Positions 1-9,424 of a stretch of 64,000 nt of DNA are shown piece by piece. Location of the stretch: the NCBI GenBank assembly GCA_938002815.1, contig CALKZT010000027.1, positions 6,492-70,491 of the forward strand, written 5' to 3'. Source of the DNA: an uncultured bacterium. Its GTDB lineage: Bacteria; Desulfobacterota; DSM-4660; Desulfatiglandales; CALKZT01. Position numbers and translations under genes: made by a program. The notes under the pieces were generated by a model. It was not told the DNA's origin. It saw only the letters and a program-made list of their open reading frames with translations, and made no database searches. The number at the start of each line of letters is the position of its first letter. Within the stretch, counting starts at the first letter, position 1.

Positions 1-88
1 AAGTCTCAAAGCCTCAAAAGCACAATCAAAGATTTTCAATCGTGAGATATGGTTTATATAACCCATCTCCTCGTTTATGGTCCCATCC

Positions 89-1144
89 CTATCTATGAAC
101 ACAGCTGGTTTCTTCACCCTTTCCTCCTAACATACTTTCGATATTACATAAGACCTCCTCCACCTGGATCTGCCTAAGGCACTGATATGTACCAAAAGGG
201 CACCTTGACCTGAAACAAGGGGCACATTCTGTTCTTGCCCTCAATACCTTTGAATTAGGCCCTAAGGGACCAGTAACTGTGGGGTCTGTGGATCCGAAAA
301 TGGCCACCAGCGGTATGTCTAAGGCAGATGCCATGTGCATAAGCCCAGAATCATTGGAGACAAAAAGGCTACAAAACGATATCAAACTCTTTGCAAGAGA
401 GAGATCTGTCTTCCCGCAGAGGTTCTTTACCATTTTGCTTCCGCTACCCAGTTCTGCACCTATGGCCTTCTCTTCCTTGCTTCCAAATATAAGCACAAAG
501 AGCCCCATTTTTCTTACTGCATGGGAAATGACCCCCTTAAAGTGCTCCAGAGGCCACCTCTTGGCTGGGCCATAGGCAGCACCTGGAGAGATACCCAGGA
601 TGGGAGAGGAGTCACTGAGACCCAAGTCTTTCAAAAAACTTAGCCCAGAGGCCAATTCTTCCTCTGAACACTTTAGTCTTGGCCTTTGGAAGACGGGTTC
701 AATACCAATGGCCTTCAAAATCCCAAGGTAATAATAGACATGGTGCTCCCTCTTTCTCTTATAAGCAACCGCTCTTGTGAGCAAAAACCCCCTTAGATCC
801 CTGTTATATCCGATGATCTCAGGGATCCTACCTATCCTTGCCACAAAGGCCGCCTCAAAGGCGTTCTGAAACAGTATGGCCTTATGGAATTTCTCTTTGG
901 ACAAAACTCTTGCGGTTCTTAGTATCTGAGGGAACCTCCCCAATCCTCCGCTTGGAGGGTAAGGGATAAATCCCTTTATACTGGGCCCTTGGGGCAAAAG
1001 GGGACTTAAGTGTGGCCTTGACATTATGTAAAATTCCTTCTGAGACCACCAATTCTGTAAGTTCTCCAGGGCAGGGATTGCCATAATAAAATCACCCACC
1101 CAATTGGGCATCCTTATGAGTACCTTTTCCATCTGGGTTACCAT
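89..1144 (-). CDS. waaF: ADP-heptose:LPS heptosyltransferase II (glycosyltransferase family 9)
   Basis: ORF 89..1171. N-terminal MPNWVGDFIMAIPAL and C-terminal VSNDSGLMHMASALDIPLVAIFG are typical GT9 heptosyltransferase motifs (PxWVGD as in RfaF). Likely start is ATG 1144, overlapping the upstream stop (ATGGTAA). Lies in an LPS gene string. Confidence 0.8.
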   Translation of the reverse strand: MVTQMEKVLIRMPNWVGDFIMAIPALENLQNWWSQKEFYIMSRPHLSPLLPQGPSIKGFIPYPPSGGLGRFPQILRTARVLSKEKFHKAILFQNAFEAAFVARIGRIPEIIGYNRDLRGFLLTRAVAYKRKREHHVYYYLGILKAIGIEPVFQRPRLKCSEEELASGLSFLKDLGLSDSSPILGISPGAAYGPAKRWPLEHFKGVISHAVRKMGLFVLIFGSKEEKAIGAELGSGSKMVKNLCGKTDLSLAKSLISFCSLFVSNDSGLMHMASALDIPLVAIFGSTDPTVTGPLGPNSKVLRARTECAPCFRSRCPFGTYQCLRQIQVEEVLCNIESMLGGKGEETSCVHR

Positions 1145-2079
1145 AATCTGGAGTATTGTCTTGTCTTCCACCTCCTATGGAACCATAGCCACTGGTCAGG
1201 ATATCTCCTGATCTGCTCTTCTATGACAGAGGTAAAGAGCTGGGTATTCTCTTCCACATCTTTTGTGGGGTCTCCACTTTGGATTAGTCTTAGGGGAGGG
1301 TAGAAATTTAGCTCATAAAAATTCTCCTTTCTCACCCCAAAGGCAGGTATTACAGGCGCACTTGTCTTGAGTGCAAGCTGGGCCATACCTTTGTTTGTGC
1401 AGGTCCACCTGCCCAAAAATCTCACAAACACGCCCTGGTACCAGTCCACGTTCTGATCCAATAGTATCCCCACTGCCTGATTTTCCCTCAAGGCCTTGAG
1501 TATCCCCCTCATGGCATTCTTCTTGTCTATCACCCGTGTCCCAAACCTTGACCTGAGCCTGAAGGAAAGGAGGTCTATCACGGGGTTATCGGGGGCCCTT
1601 ACCACTATGGAGGCCTTATAACCCCCTCCCAAGAGAAATTCTATGGCAAAGGCAATATTTAAAAGCTCCCAGTTTCCCAAGTGGGCAGTCAAAAGGAGAA
1701 TTCCCCTGCCTTTCTCATAGGCCTCCCATACATGCTCCTTTCCTCTGATCCCATATAACCCCTTTATGGATGAGCTATCCATTGTGTAAAGGAAGGGTAT
1801 TTCCAAAGCCACTCTAAAGAAATGCTCAAGGGTCTTTCGATATAGCCTTTTGGCCTCCTCAGGGTCTTCTACAAGGGTTTTCATATTCTCCAAGGCCACC
1901 CTCCTCCTAGACCAGGGGACCCCAGAGAGTATTAAGCCACCCCATTTAGACAACCCCCTCATGAGTCCCCAGGGCATCTTTGAGGCATACCTCAAATAGC
2001 CCTCGGTCATGGTACCCAAGAGCCTATGGATGCCCCTCACTTCTCTGTATCCTTTCAGAAAGCCACTCAAAGAAAACAT
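1138..2079 (-). CDS. lpxL: lipid A biosynthesis (Kdo2-lipid IVA) acyltransferase, LpxL/HtrB family
   Basis: 313-aa ORF with a lysophospholipid/lauroyl acyltransferase-like layout (LLTAHLGNWELL H-box region). Flanked by lpxK and waaF. Start is uncertain: 2079 overlaps lpxK by 56 nt, and an alternative ATG sits at 2010. Confidence 0.7.
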   Translation of the reverse strand: MFSLSGFLKGYREVRGIHRLLGTMTEGYLRYASKMPWGLMRGLSKWGGLILSGVPWSRRRVALENMKTLVEDPEEAKRLYRKTLEHFFRVALEIPFLYTMDSSSIKGLYGIRGKEHVWEAYEKGRGILLLTAHLGNWELLNIAFAIEFLLGGGYKASIVVRAPDNPVIDLLSFRLRSRFGTRVIDKKNAMRGILKALRENQAVGILLDQNVDWYQGVFVRFLGRWTCTNKGMAQLALKTSAPVIPAFGVRKENFYELNFYPPLRLIQSGDPTKDVEENTQLFTSVIEEQIRRYPDQWLWFHRRWKTRQYSRLW

Positions 2080-3061
2080 CCTCCTCTTCCAATTCCATCT
2101 CCATCAAGAGTACAAAAAGATTCCTCTCCAACAATGGCCTAAGCTCCATAATCCTTACCCAGTCCTTCTCTGTGCTAACCACTATGTCGGCCCCCTTAGA
2201 ACGCCTATTTATCTCCCTGAGATCCTCTTCTCTATAAAAATGATGATCTTTAAAGCCCATAAAACCCACCACCTTAGCCCCCATGAGTTCGAGGGTAGTG
2301 AGAAATCTCTTAGGCCTTGCAATCCCTGCAAAAGCAAATACCCTCATCCCCCTAAGGAGCTTTGGCCCCTCTAAAGAGGGACCATCCGGGTTTAAGATCC
2401 CCCTTGGCTTGAGGAGACCAAAAAAAAGTGGCTTACCCGTCTCCCTTAAGAGAGCCAGTCTCTCTTGGGCAACTTCTTCCAAACCCTCTCTTAGATAGAC
2501 CAGGCAATGGGCCCTCTTTATGGCACAAAAGGGCTCCCTCATGTGGAGGGCACTGAATCTATCGGAAAATTTCAATGCGTTCTCCGTCAAGAGAAGAATA
2601 TCCAGATCCCTTTCAAGGCCCATATGCTGAAAGGCATCATCCAGTATAAATAGCCTCCTTTCCAATCTCTCATAGGCAAAACAAATGGCCCTAAAGCGCT
2701 CTTTACATATCAAGACAGGATACCCATTTGACCCCTTTGCAAGCATAAAGGGCTCATCACCCACATCCTTAGGCCCATGGTATACCTTATTCCCATCGGT
2801 TACCAAGACAGGTCTCTTTGAACTTAGCTTACCCCCATAACCCCTACTGATAATTGCTGGTCTAAAGCCCCTCTCTTGTGCCCAGCTTGCAACAAAAGAT
2901 GAGAAGGGTGTCTTGCCACTCCCCCCCCAGGTGAGATTCCCAATACCTATAACCACACCCGGAGGCCTCTTTTTCGGGAGCAGACCCCTCTGATATAAAG
3001 AGGCCCTCAGATGGACAAGGCGCCCAAAGATATAAGAGATGGGATCCACAGGGGGCATCAC
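2024..3061 (-). CDS. lpxK: tetraacyldisaccharide 4'-kinase
   Basis: P-loop GNLTWGGSGKTP and overall length (345 aa) are characteristic of LpxK. Adjacent to waaA and lpxL. Confidence 0.85.
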   Translation of the reverse strand: MMPPVDPISYIFGRLVHLRASLYQRGLLPKKRPPGVVIGIGNLTWGGSGKTPFSSFVASWAQERGFRPAIISRGYGGKLSSKRPVLVTDGNKVYHGPKDVGDEPFMLAKGSNGYPVLICKERFRAICFAYERLERRLFILDDAFQHMGLERDLDILLLTENALKFSDRFSALHMREPFCAIKRAHCLVYLREGLEEVAQERLALLRETGKPLFFGLLKPRGILNPDGPSLEGPKLLRGMRVFAFAGIARPKRFLTTLELMGAKVVGFMGFKDHHFYREEDLREINRRSKGADIVVSTEKDWVRIMELRPLLERNLFVLLMEMELEEEDVFFEWLSERIQRSEGHP

Positions 3062-3064
3062 AGC

Positions 3065-4336
3065 CTATGTATTCAGGTAATTAGCTATGATCCTAAGGAG
3101 TCTCTGGGCTGCGCCTCTGTGGGAGGCACAGATGGCCCTGCCCCTTTCCCCCATCTCCCTTCTGCTGGAAGAATCCCTCAAGAGGGATGATACTGCCCCA
3201 AAGAGCCCTTCTTCGTCGAGCACCCGAATCCCTGCCTTTAGATCCAAAAACTGGGAGGTCATCTCCTCAAAGTTAAACGTATGGGGCCCAAATATCACAG
3301 GCACCCCGTGCTCAGCAGGTTCCAGAATGTTATGTCCACCAATCCTTACAAGGCTTCCGCCCACAAAGGCCACATGGGCCACCTGGTAGATCTGCCGAAG
3401 TTCTCCTATGGTATCTATGACCAGGACATCAAAACAACTCTCCTTTGGAACATGGCTCCGAAGGCAGCCGTTAAAACCCTCCTTCTCTACCATAGTCACG
3501 ATCTCTTTGGCCCTAGACACATCCCTTGGCCCTATGATGAGACGCAAGGAGGGATGAGCCCCTCTAAGTCTTTTAAAGACCCTCAATAAGATCTCCTCCT
3601 CATTGGGATGGGTACTACCTCCGACCCAGATCTTGTCTTCCTCCCTTATAGACAGAAGTTTGGACCAGTCCCTCTTCTCATCCCCAAAGAGGAGGGGAGC
3701 ATCAAATTTCAGGTTACCAATGGATATCACCTTGGAAGGATCCACCGCCCCCGTACTTGAAAGCCTCTTTACGTCCAGTTCAGATTGCATAATCCATTGG
3801 GTCACTGGATAAAAGAGCTCCCGCATAAGGAACCTAAATCTCCTGTAATGTCTGATGCTCCTGGGGCTCAGCCTCCCGTTTATCACAAGGATTGGGATCC
3901 CCTTCTCTTTTAGGCTCCAGAGCACAAAAGGCCAGAGATCCGATTCCACCATCAGGGCTATTTTAGGCCTGATGATCCTTAGGAGCCTCTTTACGGAGAC
4001 AAAAAAATCAAGGGGCATATGGACAAACCCATTGAGATGGGGGTTTGGCTGAGATTTTAGGTACTGGAAGGCCTTTTCTGTACCCACGGTCATTACTATG
4101 GGATATTCTGGAAACTCCTTCTTCAATTCCCCCAAGACCCTTTCCACTGAGAAGAGCTCCCCCAGAGAAAGGGCATGGATCCATATGCACCTCTTGTCCT
4201 TGGGGAGCACATAAGGAGTGGGGTCCCAGAGCCACCTCTTATAAAGCCAAGGAGATGATCTCTTTGCTAAAAGAGGACCACCCAAGATTGTGGCCATAAT
4301 CCACCCGAGCTGATATAGTAGGACTAATGGACTCAC
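3065..4336 (-). CDS. waaA: 3-deoxy-D-manno-octulosonic acid (Kdo) transferase
   Basis: ORF 3065..4402 has the KdtA-like layout: N-terminal hydrophobic LVLLYQLGW, then WIHALSLGE and GGSLVRIGGHNILEPA. Probable start is GTG 4336 in a GTGA overlap with the kinase stop. Confidence 0.85.
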   Translation of the reverse strand: MSPLVLLYQLGWIMATILGGPLLAKRSSPWLYKRWLWDPTPYVLPKDKRCIWIHALSLGELFSVERVLGELKKEFPEYPIVMTVGTEKAFQYLKSQPNPHLNGFVHMPLDFFVSVKRLLRIIRPKIALMVESDLWPFVLWSLKEKGIPILVINGRLSPRSIRHYRRFRFLMRELFYPVTQWIMQSELDVKRLSSTGAVDPSKVISIGNLKFDAPLLFGDEKRDWSKLLSIREEDKIWVGGSTHPNEEEILLRVFKRLRGAHPSLRLIIGPRDVSRAKEIVTMVEKEGFNGCLRSHVPKESCFDVLVIDTIGELRQIYQVAHVAFVGGSLVRIGGHNILEPAEHGVPVIFGPHTFNFEEMTSQFLDLKAGIRVLDEEGLFGAVSSLLRDSSSRREMGERGRAICASHRGAAQRLLRIIANYLNT

Positions 4337-6477
4337 GAATCTCTCTCCAATGGAAGCTCTATCCTCACCCGGGCCCCGCCCAGCCTTGAGTCTTCCACCC
4401 ATATCTCTCCGTGGTGGTCCTCAATTATGCTATGGGAGATGGCAAGCCCAAGGCCTCCTCCTTGGGATTTTGTAGAAAAGTAGGGTTCAAAGACCTTGTG
4501 TCTAAACTCAGGGGGGATCCCAGGCCCACTATCCTCTATGGAGATTGAGACCTTATCCCCATAAAGACTTACGCTCAAGAAAATCTCCCCTTCCTTGGGA
4601 GCTGCCTCCACAGCATTATTCAGTATGTTCGTAATGGCCCTCCTGAGCTGCTCCCTATCCCCCCTCACCAAGATTCCGTTTTCAGGTAACACGGCCTTCC
4701 AAATGATCTCCTTGTGCCTCTCCCTGAATACCTCCAATACCTCTTTTAGGAGGGTATCTAGCCTCATGGGCACCTTTAAGCTCCTGGGCATCCTTGCGAA
4801 CATGCTGAACTCACCCACAAGCCTTTTTAACTCTTCCACCTGTGAGAGGATCAGCCCTGTGCATTCACCCACCAGCTGGGCCTCCTTTTCATTCAGAAGG
4901 GGCAAGAGCCTCTTGTTCAACCTCTGGGCAGAGAGCTGTATGGGGGTCAAGGGATTTTTCACCTCGTGAGCAATCCTCCTGGCCACCTCTTGCCAGGCCT
5001 CCATCCTCTCTGCCCTCTCAACCTCCATAAGATCCTCAAAAACAGCCACAATCCCCAGACTCTCTCCTTTTTCATCTAAGATACTGTTTACGGTAACCAA
5101 AAGATTCATTGCCCTTCCTTCGTGGGCAAACTTAAGCTGTTTCCTAAATCCCTGTCTCTTCGATAATTCCTTCTTAATGGTCTCTAAAAGGAGAGGCGGT
5201 ACCACATCTTCCAAAAGCATACCAGCAAGGTTATGACTCTGAATATCAAACATCTTTTTTGCGGCCAGGTTGAATGTGGAAATCTTTCCCTCTCTGTCAA
5301 TGGATAAAACACCTGCACCTATATTGTTAATGACAAATTCTATGTATTGATTCTGCTTGGTCAGCTCTTTGTTTCTCTCTTTTAATTCTTGGTTGGCCTC
5401 CTCGATCTCCTTCTTTGTTTGTTTTATTTCCTTAGTCATGCGGTTAAAAGAATTAACAAGCACACCAATTTCATCTTTGGATTGTATTTGCAAGTCGAAA
5501 TCATAATCTCCAACAGAAATTCTTTTCGTTGCTTCTGCAAGGGCCTGTATTGGAACGGTTATCTCCCTTGATACATACATACCAAACCACATTGATGTAA
5601 ATAGCACAAGGAGACTTACTATTCCCAAGCTAATAATATAACCTGACTTAATGGGAAATCTCAGTGACTCAAGGTTTGAATATTGCAAGTAAGCACTGGA
5701 AACATTTTCTATTTTAGATTCCAATAAAGCAGGGAAATTCTCTGTAAAAACAATCAAAGACTCATTAAACTTTTTTCCAATAAATAAAACGGTTTCCCCT
5801 GATAGTCTTACAAAGCTAAAATCACATTCCTTGGGCCCAAGACATCCTGCGTCCACAAGATACTCAATCAATTCACTGGCATTAATTTCAGATTTACTCC
5901 TAACTTCCACTACAGATACGGAAATATCATCCTTTCTGTCAAAAGTAAAAGAACTGGATATCGGATAAAAAAGATCTATCAAGCTATTTTCTTTCTTATT
6001 CTCAGATAATTGGAGAATAACATTGATTTCATCGGCCATTTTCTTTCTAAAGAATTTCAGGAAATTAATGCTCATTTCATTTGCATCGTTGATAGCTTTG
6101 TCTATTTGCCTACTAAACCAGTAATCAACGGATGAACTTATATACTGAGCAGAAGCAACAAACAAGATAACTGTTGGGAAAAGACTCAGTATCATGAAGG
6201 CAACAACAAGTTTGATCCTGAGTTTAGTGCCAAGCAACCCTTTTTTCTTTTGGAGGAATAGTTTTACAAGGTTACGAAATATCAGATATAAAAGAAGCAG
6301 AATCAAAATAACATTGACATTTATCAGTGTAAAAACAAGTATTTTGTGCTTTACAGAGAGCTCTATGTTCCACCTAAGAGATCTCGAAACGTAATAGAGA
6401 ACGATTGGGATCAATATTAACAGGGAACAGATTATGATAAGTTCCCTCTTTTTCCTCTTGCTTTCATCCCCTGACAT
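4333..6477 (-). CDS. sensor histidine kinase (TM sensor - HAMP - PAS - HisKA - HATPase; NtrY-like)
   Basis: N-terminal TM helices, a HAMP segment (PIQALAEATKRISVGDYDFDL...NRMTKEI), H-box IAHEVKNPLTPI, N-box NNAVEA and G-box GGGLGLAI. Start ATG 6477 is preceded by GGGGGA. No response regulator is adjacent. Confidence 0.8.
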   Translation of the reverse strand: MSGDESKRKKRELIIICSLLILIPIVLYYVSRSLRWNIELSVKHKILVFTLINVNVILILLLLYLIFRNLVKLFLQKKKGLLGTKLRIKLVVAFMILSLFPTVILFVASAQYISSSVDYWFSRQIDKAINDANEMSINFLKFFRKKMADEINVILQLSENKKENSLIDLFYPISSSFTFDRKDDISVSVVEVRSKSEINASELIEYLVDAGCLGPKECDFSFVRLSGETVLFIGKKFNESLIVFTENFPALLESKIENVSSAYLQYSNLESLRFPIKSGYIISLGIVSLLVLFTSMWFGMYVSREITVPIQALAEATKRISVGDYDFDLQIQSKDEIGVLVNSFNRMTKEIKQTKKEIEEANQELKERNKELTKQNQYIEFVINNIGAGVLSIDREGKISTFNLAAKKMFDIQSHNLAGMLLEDVVPPLLLETIKKELSKRQGFRKQLKFAHEGRAMNLLVTVNSILDEKGESLGIVAVFEDLMEVERAERMEAWQEVARRIAHEVKNPLTPIQLSAQRLNKRLLPLLNEKEAQLVGECTGLILSQVEELKRLVGEFSMFARMPRSLKVPMRLDTLLKEVLEVFRERHKEIIWKAVLPENGILVRGDREQLRRAITNILNNAVEAAPKEGEIFLSVSLYGDKVSISIEDSGPGIPPEFRHKVFEPYFSTKSQGGGLGLAISHSIIEDHHGEIWVEDSRLGGARVRIELPLERDS

Positions 6478-6497
6478 ATTATCCCCCTTTTTTGAGC

Positions 6498-7940
6498 TCA
6501 ATCCCTCCAATAGAAGGGAAACATGGTCACCAAAATGGTAAAGATCTCAAGCCTACCCATGAGCATGGTAAGACTCAATACCCACTTGGTTATTTCTGGA
6601 AGCTCCTTGTAGGTAAAAGTAGGGCCTACAACACCGAAACCTGGCCCCACATTCCCCAAACAGGAAGCCACGGCACCGATGGAGGAGATCATGTCAAGAC
6701 CACTCATGGCCACAAGCAAAGTCCCAAGGGCAAAGACCGAAAGATAGAGGACATAGAATCCCAAGACAGAGCTGACAATACCTTCACTTATGGGGGTCTC
6801 CCCTACCCTGCAAGCAATTATTGCGTGGGGGTGGATCAATTTTTTCACCTGCCTTAGGGCATGTTTAATTAATAGCATTAATCTCAAGACCTTAATCGCC
6901 CCACCAGTGGAACCGGCCATCGCACCTATGAACATCAAAAAAAGCAATACGAATCTTGTATACTCAGGCCATTTTTCGTAGTCACAAGTAACATAACCGG
7001 TTGTAGTTACTATCGAGATCACCTGGAAGAAGGTATCTCTCAACAAATCCAAAGCGTTACTATATGTACCTATGAGACCAACAGATATCAACAAGACCGA
7101 AATAATAATAATCCCCAAATACCATCTAAATTCAGTGTCTTTAGTAATACCTGTAATCCCTTTTGATATGATCTTGTAATGCAGAGAAAAATTTATCCCG
7201 GCCATAAACATGAACACTGTAATAACTACCTCTGCATAACTATTTTTGAAACCGGCTATACTACTATCTAAAGTTGAAAAACCACCCGTTGGCATTGTAG
7301 TAAATGTGTGACATATTGCATCATAAGGAGAAATGTCACACAATATCAATAGCAAAAACTCTGCTACACTTAAGATGAGATATGCCTTCCACAAGACCCT
7401 TGCAGTATCCTGGATTCTGGGCCTTAGCTTGTCCACCACAGGTGAGGGGACCTCCGCCTTATAGATCTCCATACCGCCAACGCCCAAAAAGGGCAAAATA
7501 GCCACAGTGAGCACTATGATCCCCATTCCCCCAAGCCACTGGGTGAGCGATCTCCAGAATAGGATAGATTTTGGAGTCGATTCCAGGCCCGTCAGAACTG
7601 TTGCCCCTGTAGTAGTAAATCCGGAGACAGATTCAAAAAAGGCATCTGTAAAATTTGAAATAACGCCTGTGGTTAGGTAGGGGATTGCGCCCAAAAAGCA
7701 AGCAATGAGCCAGGAGAATGTGACCAGGGCATAGGCCTCTCTGTGGCTCAGTCCTTGATCCTTCTTCACCGGGAGCAGAAGGAACAATAAGCCCACTCCC
7801 ATTCCGATAGAGGAAGAGAGTAAAAAGCTAAAGAAGACCCGCTCCTTGTAAACTAATCCTATCCCTCCAGAGATAAGGGTCAAGAAGGAGAGTATAACAG
7901 CTATAGAACCCAGGGTTCTTAGTATAGTGTTCCAGTGCAT
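6498..7940 (-). CDS. trkH: Trk-type potassium uptake protein, membrane subunit
   Basis: 480-aa polytopic protein with repeated TrkH/KtrB selectivity-like segments (TTTGAT, TTTGY, PTGGFS). Adjacent to trkA. Confidence 0.85.
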   Translation of the reverse strand: MHWNTILRTLGSIAVILSFLTLISGGIGLVYKERVFFSFLLSSSIGMGVGLLFLLLPVKKDQGLSHREAYALVTFSWLIACFLGAIPYLTTGVISNFTDAFFESVSGFTTTGATVLTGLESTPKSILFWRSLTQWLGGMGIIVLTVAILPFLGVGGMEIYKAEVPSPVVDKLRPRIQDTARVLWKAYLILSVAEFLLLILCDISPYDAICHTFTTMPTGGFSTLDSSIAGFKNSYAEVVITVFMFMAGINFSLHYKIISKGITGITKDTEFRWYLGIIIISVLLISVGLIGTYSNALDLLRDTFFQVISIVTTTGYVTCDYEKWPEYTRFVLLFLMFIGAMAGSTGGAIKVLRLMLLIKHALRQVKKLIHPHAIIACRVGETPISEGIVSSVLGFYVLYLSVFALGTLLVAMSGLDMISSIGAVASCLGNVGPGFGVVGPTFTYKELPEITKWVLSLTMLMGRLEIFTILVTMFPFYWRD

Positions 7941-7956
7941 TATTGCTTTCTAAGCC

Positions 7957-9291
7957 CTAACCACCAATAAAGGACTCCATATCCTTTACTATACTTTCCA
8001 TAGCAAATATGATCAACTTGTCCCCAGGCTCTATTATTGTATCACCTTTTGGCACTATGACATTATTCTTTCTTATGACTGCTCCAATTATGGCTCCTTT
8101 TGGAATATTTAGATCCTTTATTGGCCTATTTGTTATAGGAGAATTTTCCATAGCTTCTGCTTCTATTATTTCAGCATCTTCTGTTTTCAATGGTGTTACA
8201 CTCAATATTTTCCCCTTTCTAATAAAACTTAGTATGGCCTTTACCGCTGCTAACCTTGAACTCACAACTATATCTATTCCAATAGATGAAACAAGTGGCA
8301 TATAGCTGAGCCTATTTATCCTTACAATAGCTTTCTTTATACCAATTGCTTTACCAAGCAAAGAGACTAATATGTTATTTTCCTCATCATTTGTAACTGC
8401 AATTATTACATCCATTTTATTCAATTGCTCTTCCATCAAAAAATCCTTATCTGTCCCATCCCCTTCCAGAACCATTACCTTCTTTAAGTGCATTGCCAGG
8501 TCTTCACACTTTTGTCTATTTTTTTCAACAAGCCTGGCAGGGAAGCCCCTTTTTTCCATCTCCACAGCCAGTGCAGTGCCAACATCACCAGCACCAATTA
8601 TCAAAACCTTTTTGGAATACGAGATCCACTGGGGGTGAAACCATTCAAATTGCTCATAACCTTCCCTGGTATTGATTATATAGAGGGTATCTCCTACCTT
8701 TATGGAGTCGTCGCCCCTCGGAATTATGATCCCTTGATCCCTGAGAATGGCCCCCACCAGTATCCTCCTCTGATTTAAATCCTTCAGCCTCTTATTTTTG
8801 GCAGGGGACTCCTCAGTTACCCTTAGACCCACCAGTCTTACCCTCCCCCCTGCCAGTTCTATTATATCGGTGGCCCACGGGTGCTCTAACATGTTCATAA
8901 TGTTTTCTACCATTGCCATGCCAGGGTTTATTATGTGGTCTATCCCCAAAAGGTCTCTTCCGAGGAATGCAGGGTTTTGATATTCTTGATTTTTTACCCT
9001 GGCTACCTTTATGAGTCTTCTATTCAAGTTACTGGCAATCAAGCAGGCAAGAAGGTTTACCTCGTCGCTGTCAGTGGCGGCAATGAGCATATCAGATTCG
9101 TCTATCCCTGCCTCTTTCAGTATCTTGGGGCTTGTACCAGAGCCAAAAATTACCTGAACATCCAGCTGACCCTCCACCCTTTGAACCTTCTCTGGAGATT
9201 TCTCTATGAGGATCACCTCATGCCCTTCTGAGCTAAGCCTGCTGGCTATGTTAAAACCCACCTCTCCTGCACCTAAAACTATCGTTCTCAT
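7957..9291 (-). CDS. trkA: Trk system potassium uptake protein, NAD-binding subunit (two RCK/TrkA-N + TrkA-C units)
   Basis: Two Rossmann motifs (IVLGAGEVG and LIIGAGDVG), each followed by a TrkA-C-like region. 444 aa. Confidence 0.85.
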   Translation of the reverse strand: MRTIVLGAGEVGFNIASRLSSEGHEVILIEKSPEKVQRVEGQLDVQVIFGSGTSPKILKEAGIDESDMLIAATDSDEVNLLACLIASNLNRRLIKVARVKNQEYQNPAFLGRDLLGIDHIINPGMAMVENIMNMLEHPWATDIIELAGGRVRLVGLRVTEESPAKNKRLKDLNQRRILVGAILRDQGIIIPRGDDSIKVGDTLYIINTREGYEQFEWFHPQWISYSKKVLIIGAGDVGTALAVEMEKRGFPARLVEKNRQKCEDLAMHLKKVMVLEGDGTDKDFLMEEQLNKMDVIIAVTNDEENNILVSLLGKAIGIKKAIVRINRLSYMPLVSSIGIDIVVSSRLAAVKAILSFIRKGKILSVTPLKTEDAEIIEAEAMENSPITNRPIKDLNIPKGAIIGAVIRKNNVIVPKGDTIIEPGDKLIIFAMESIVKDMESFIGG

Positions 9292-9424
9292 CTGTTACCC
9301 CAATTCGGATCTCCCAAGGAAACTCTTTATATATAATATCTTTTCCTTGACTGGAACAAAAACACTTCCTTAACCTATCTTAGAGTTTCTCTAAAGGGGA
9401 AGATCTTATAAGAGGAGGCATATT

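Noticed and set aside
279-643. Plus-strand ORFs 279..575 and 335..643 inside waaF. The same kind of ORF recurs throughout the track, e.g. 1980..2374, 3087..3589, 4595..4969, 8009..9231, 19139..19534, 21980..22465, 28864..29352, 45293..46291.
   Set aside because: They are antisense shadow ORFs within genes whose products show clear family motifs on the opposite strand. They have low-complexity or biased composition, no RBS and no recognisable domains.
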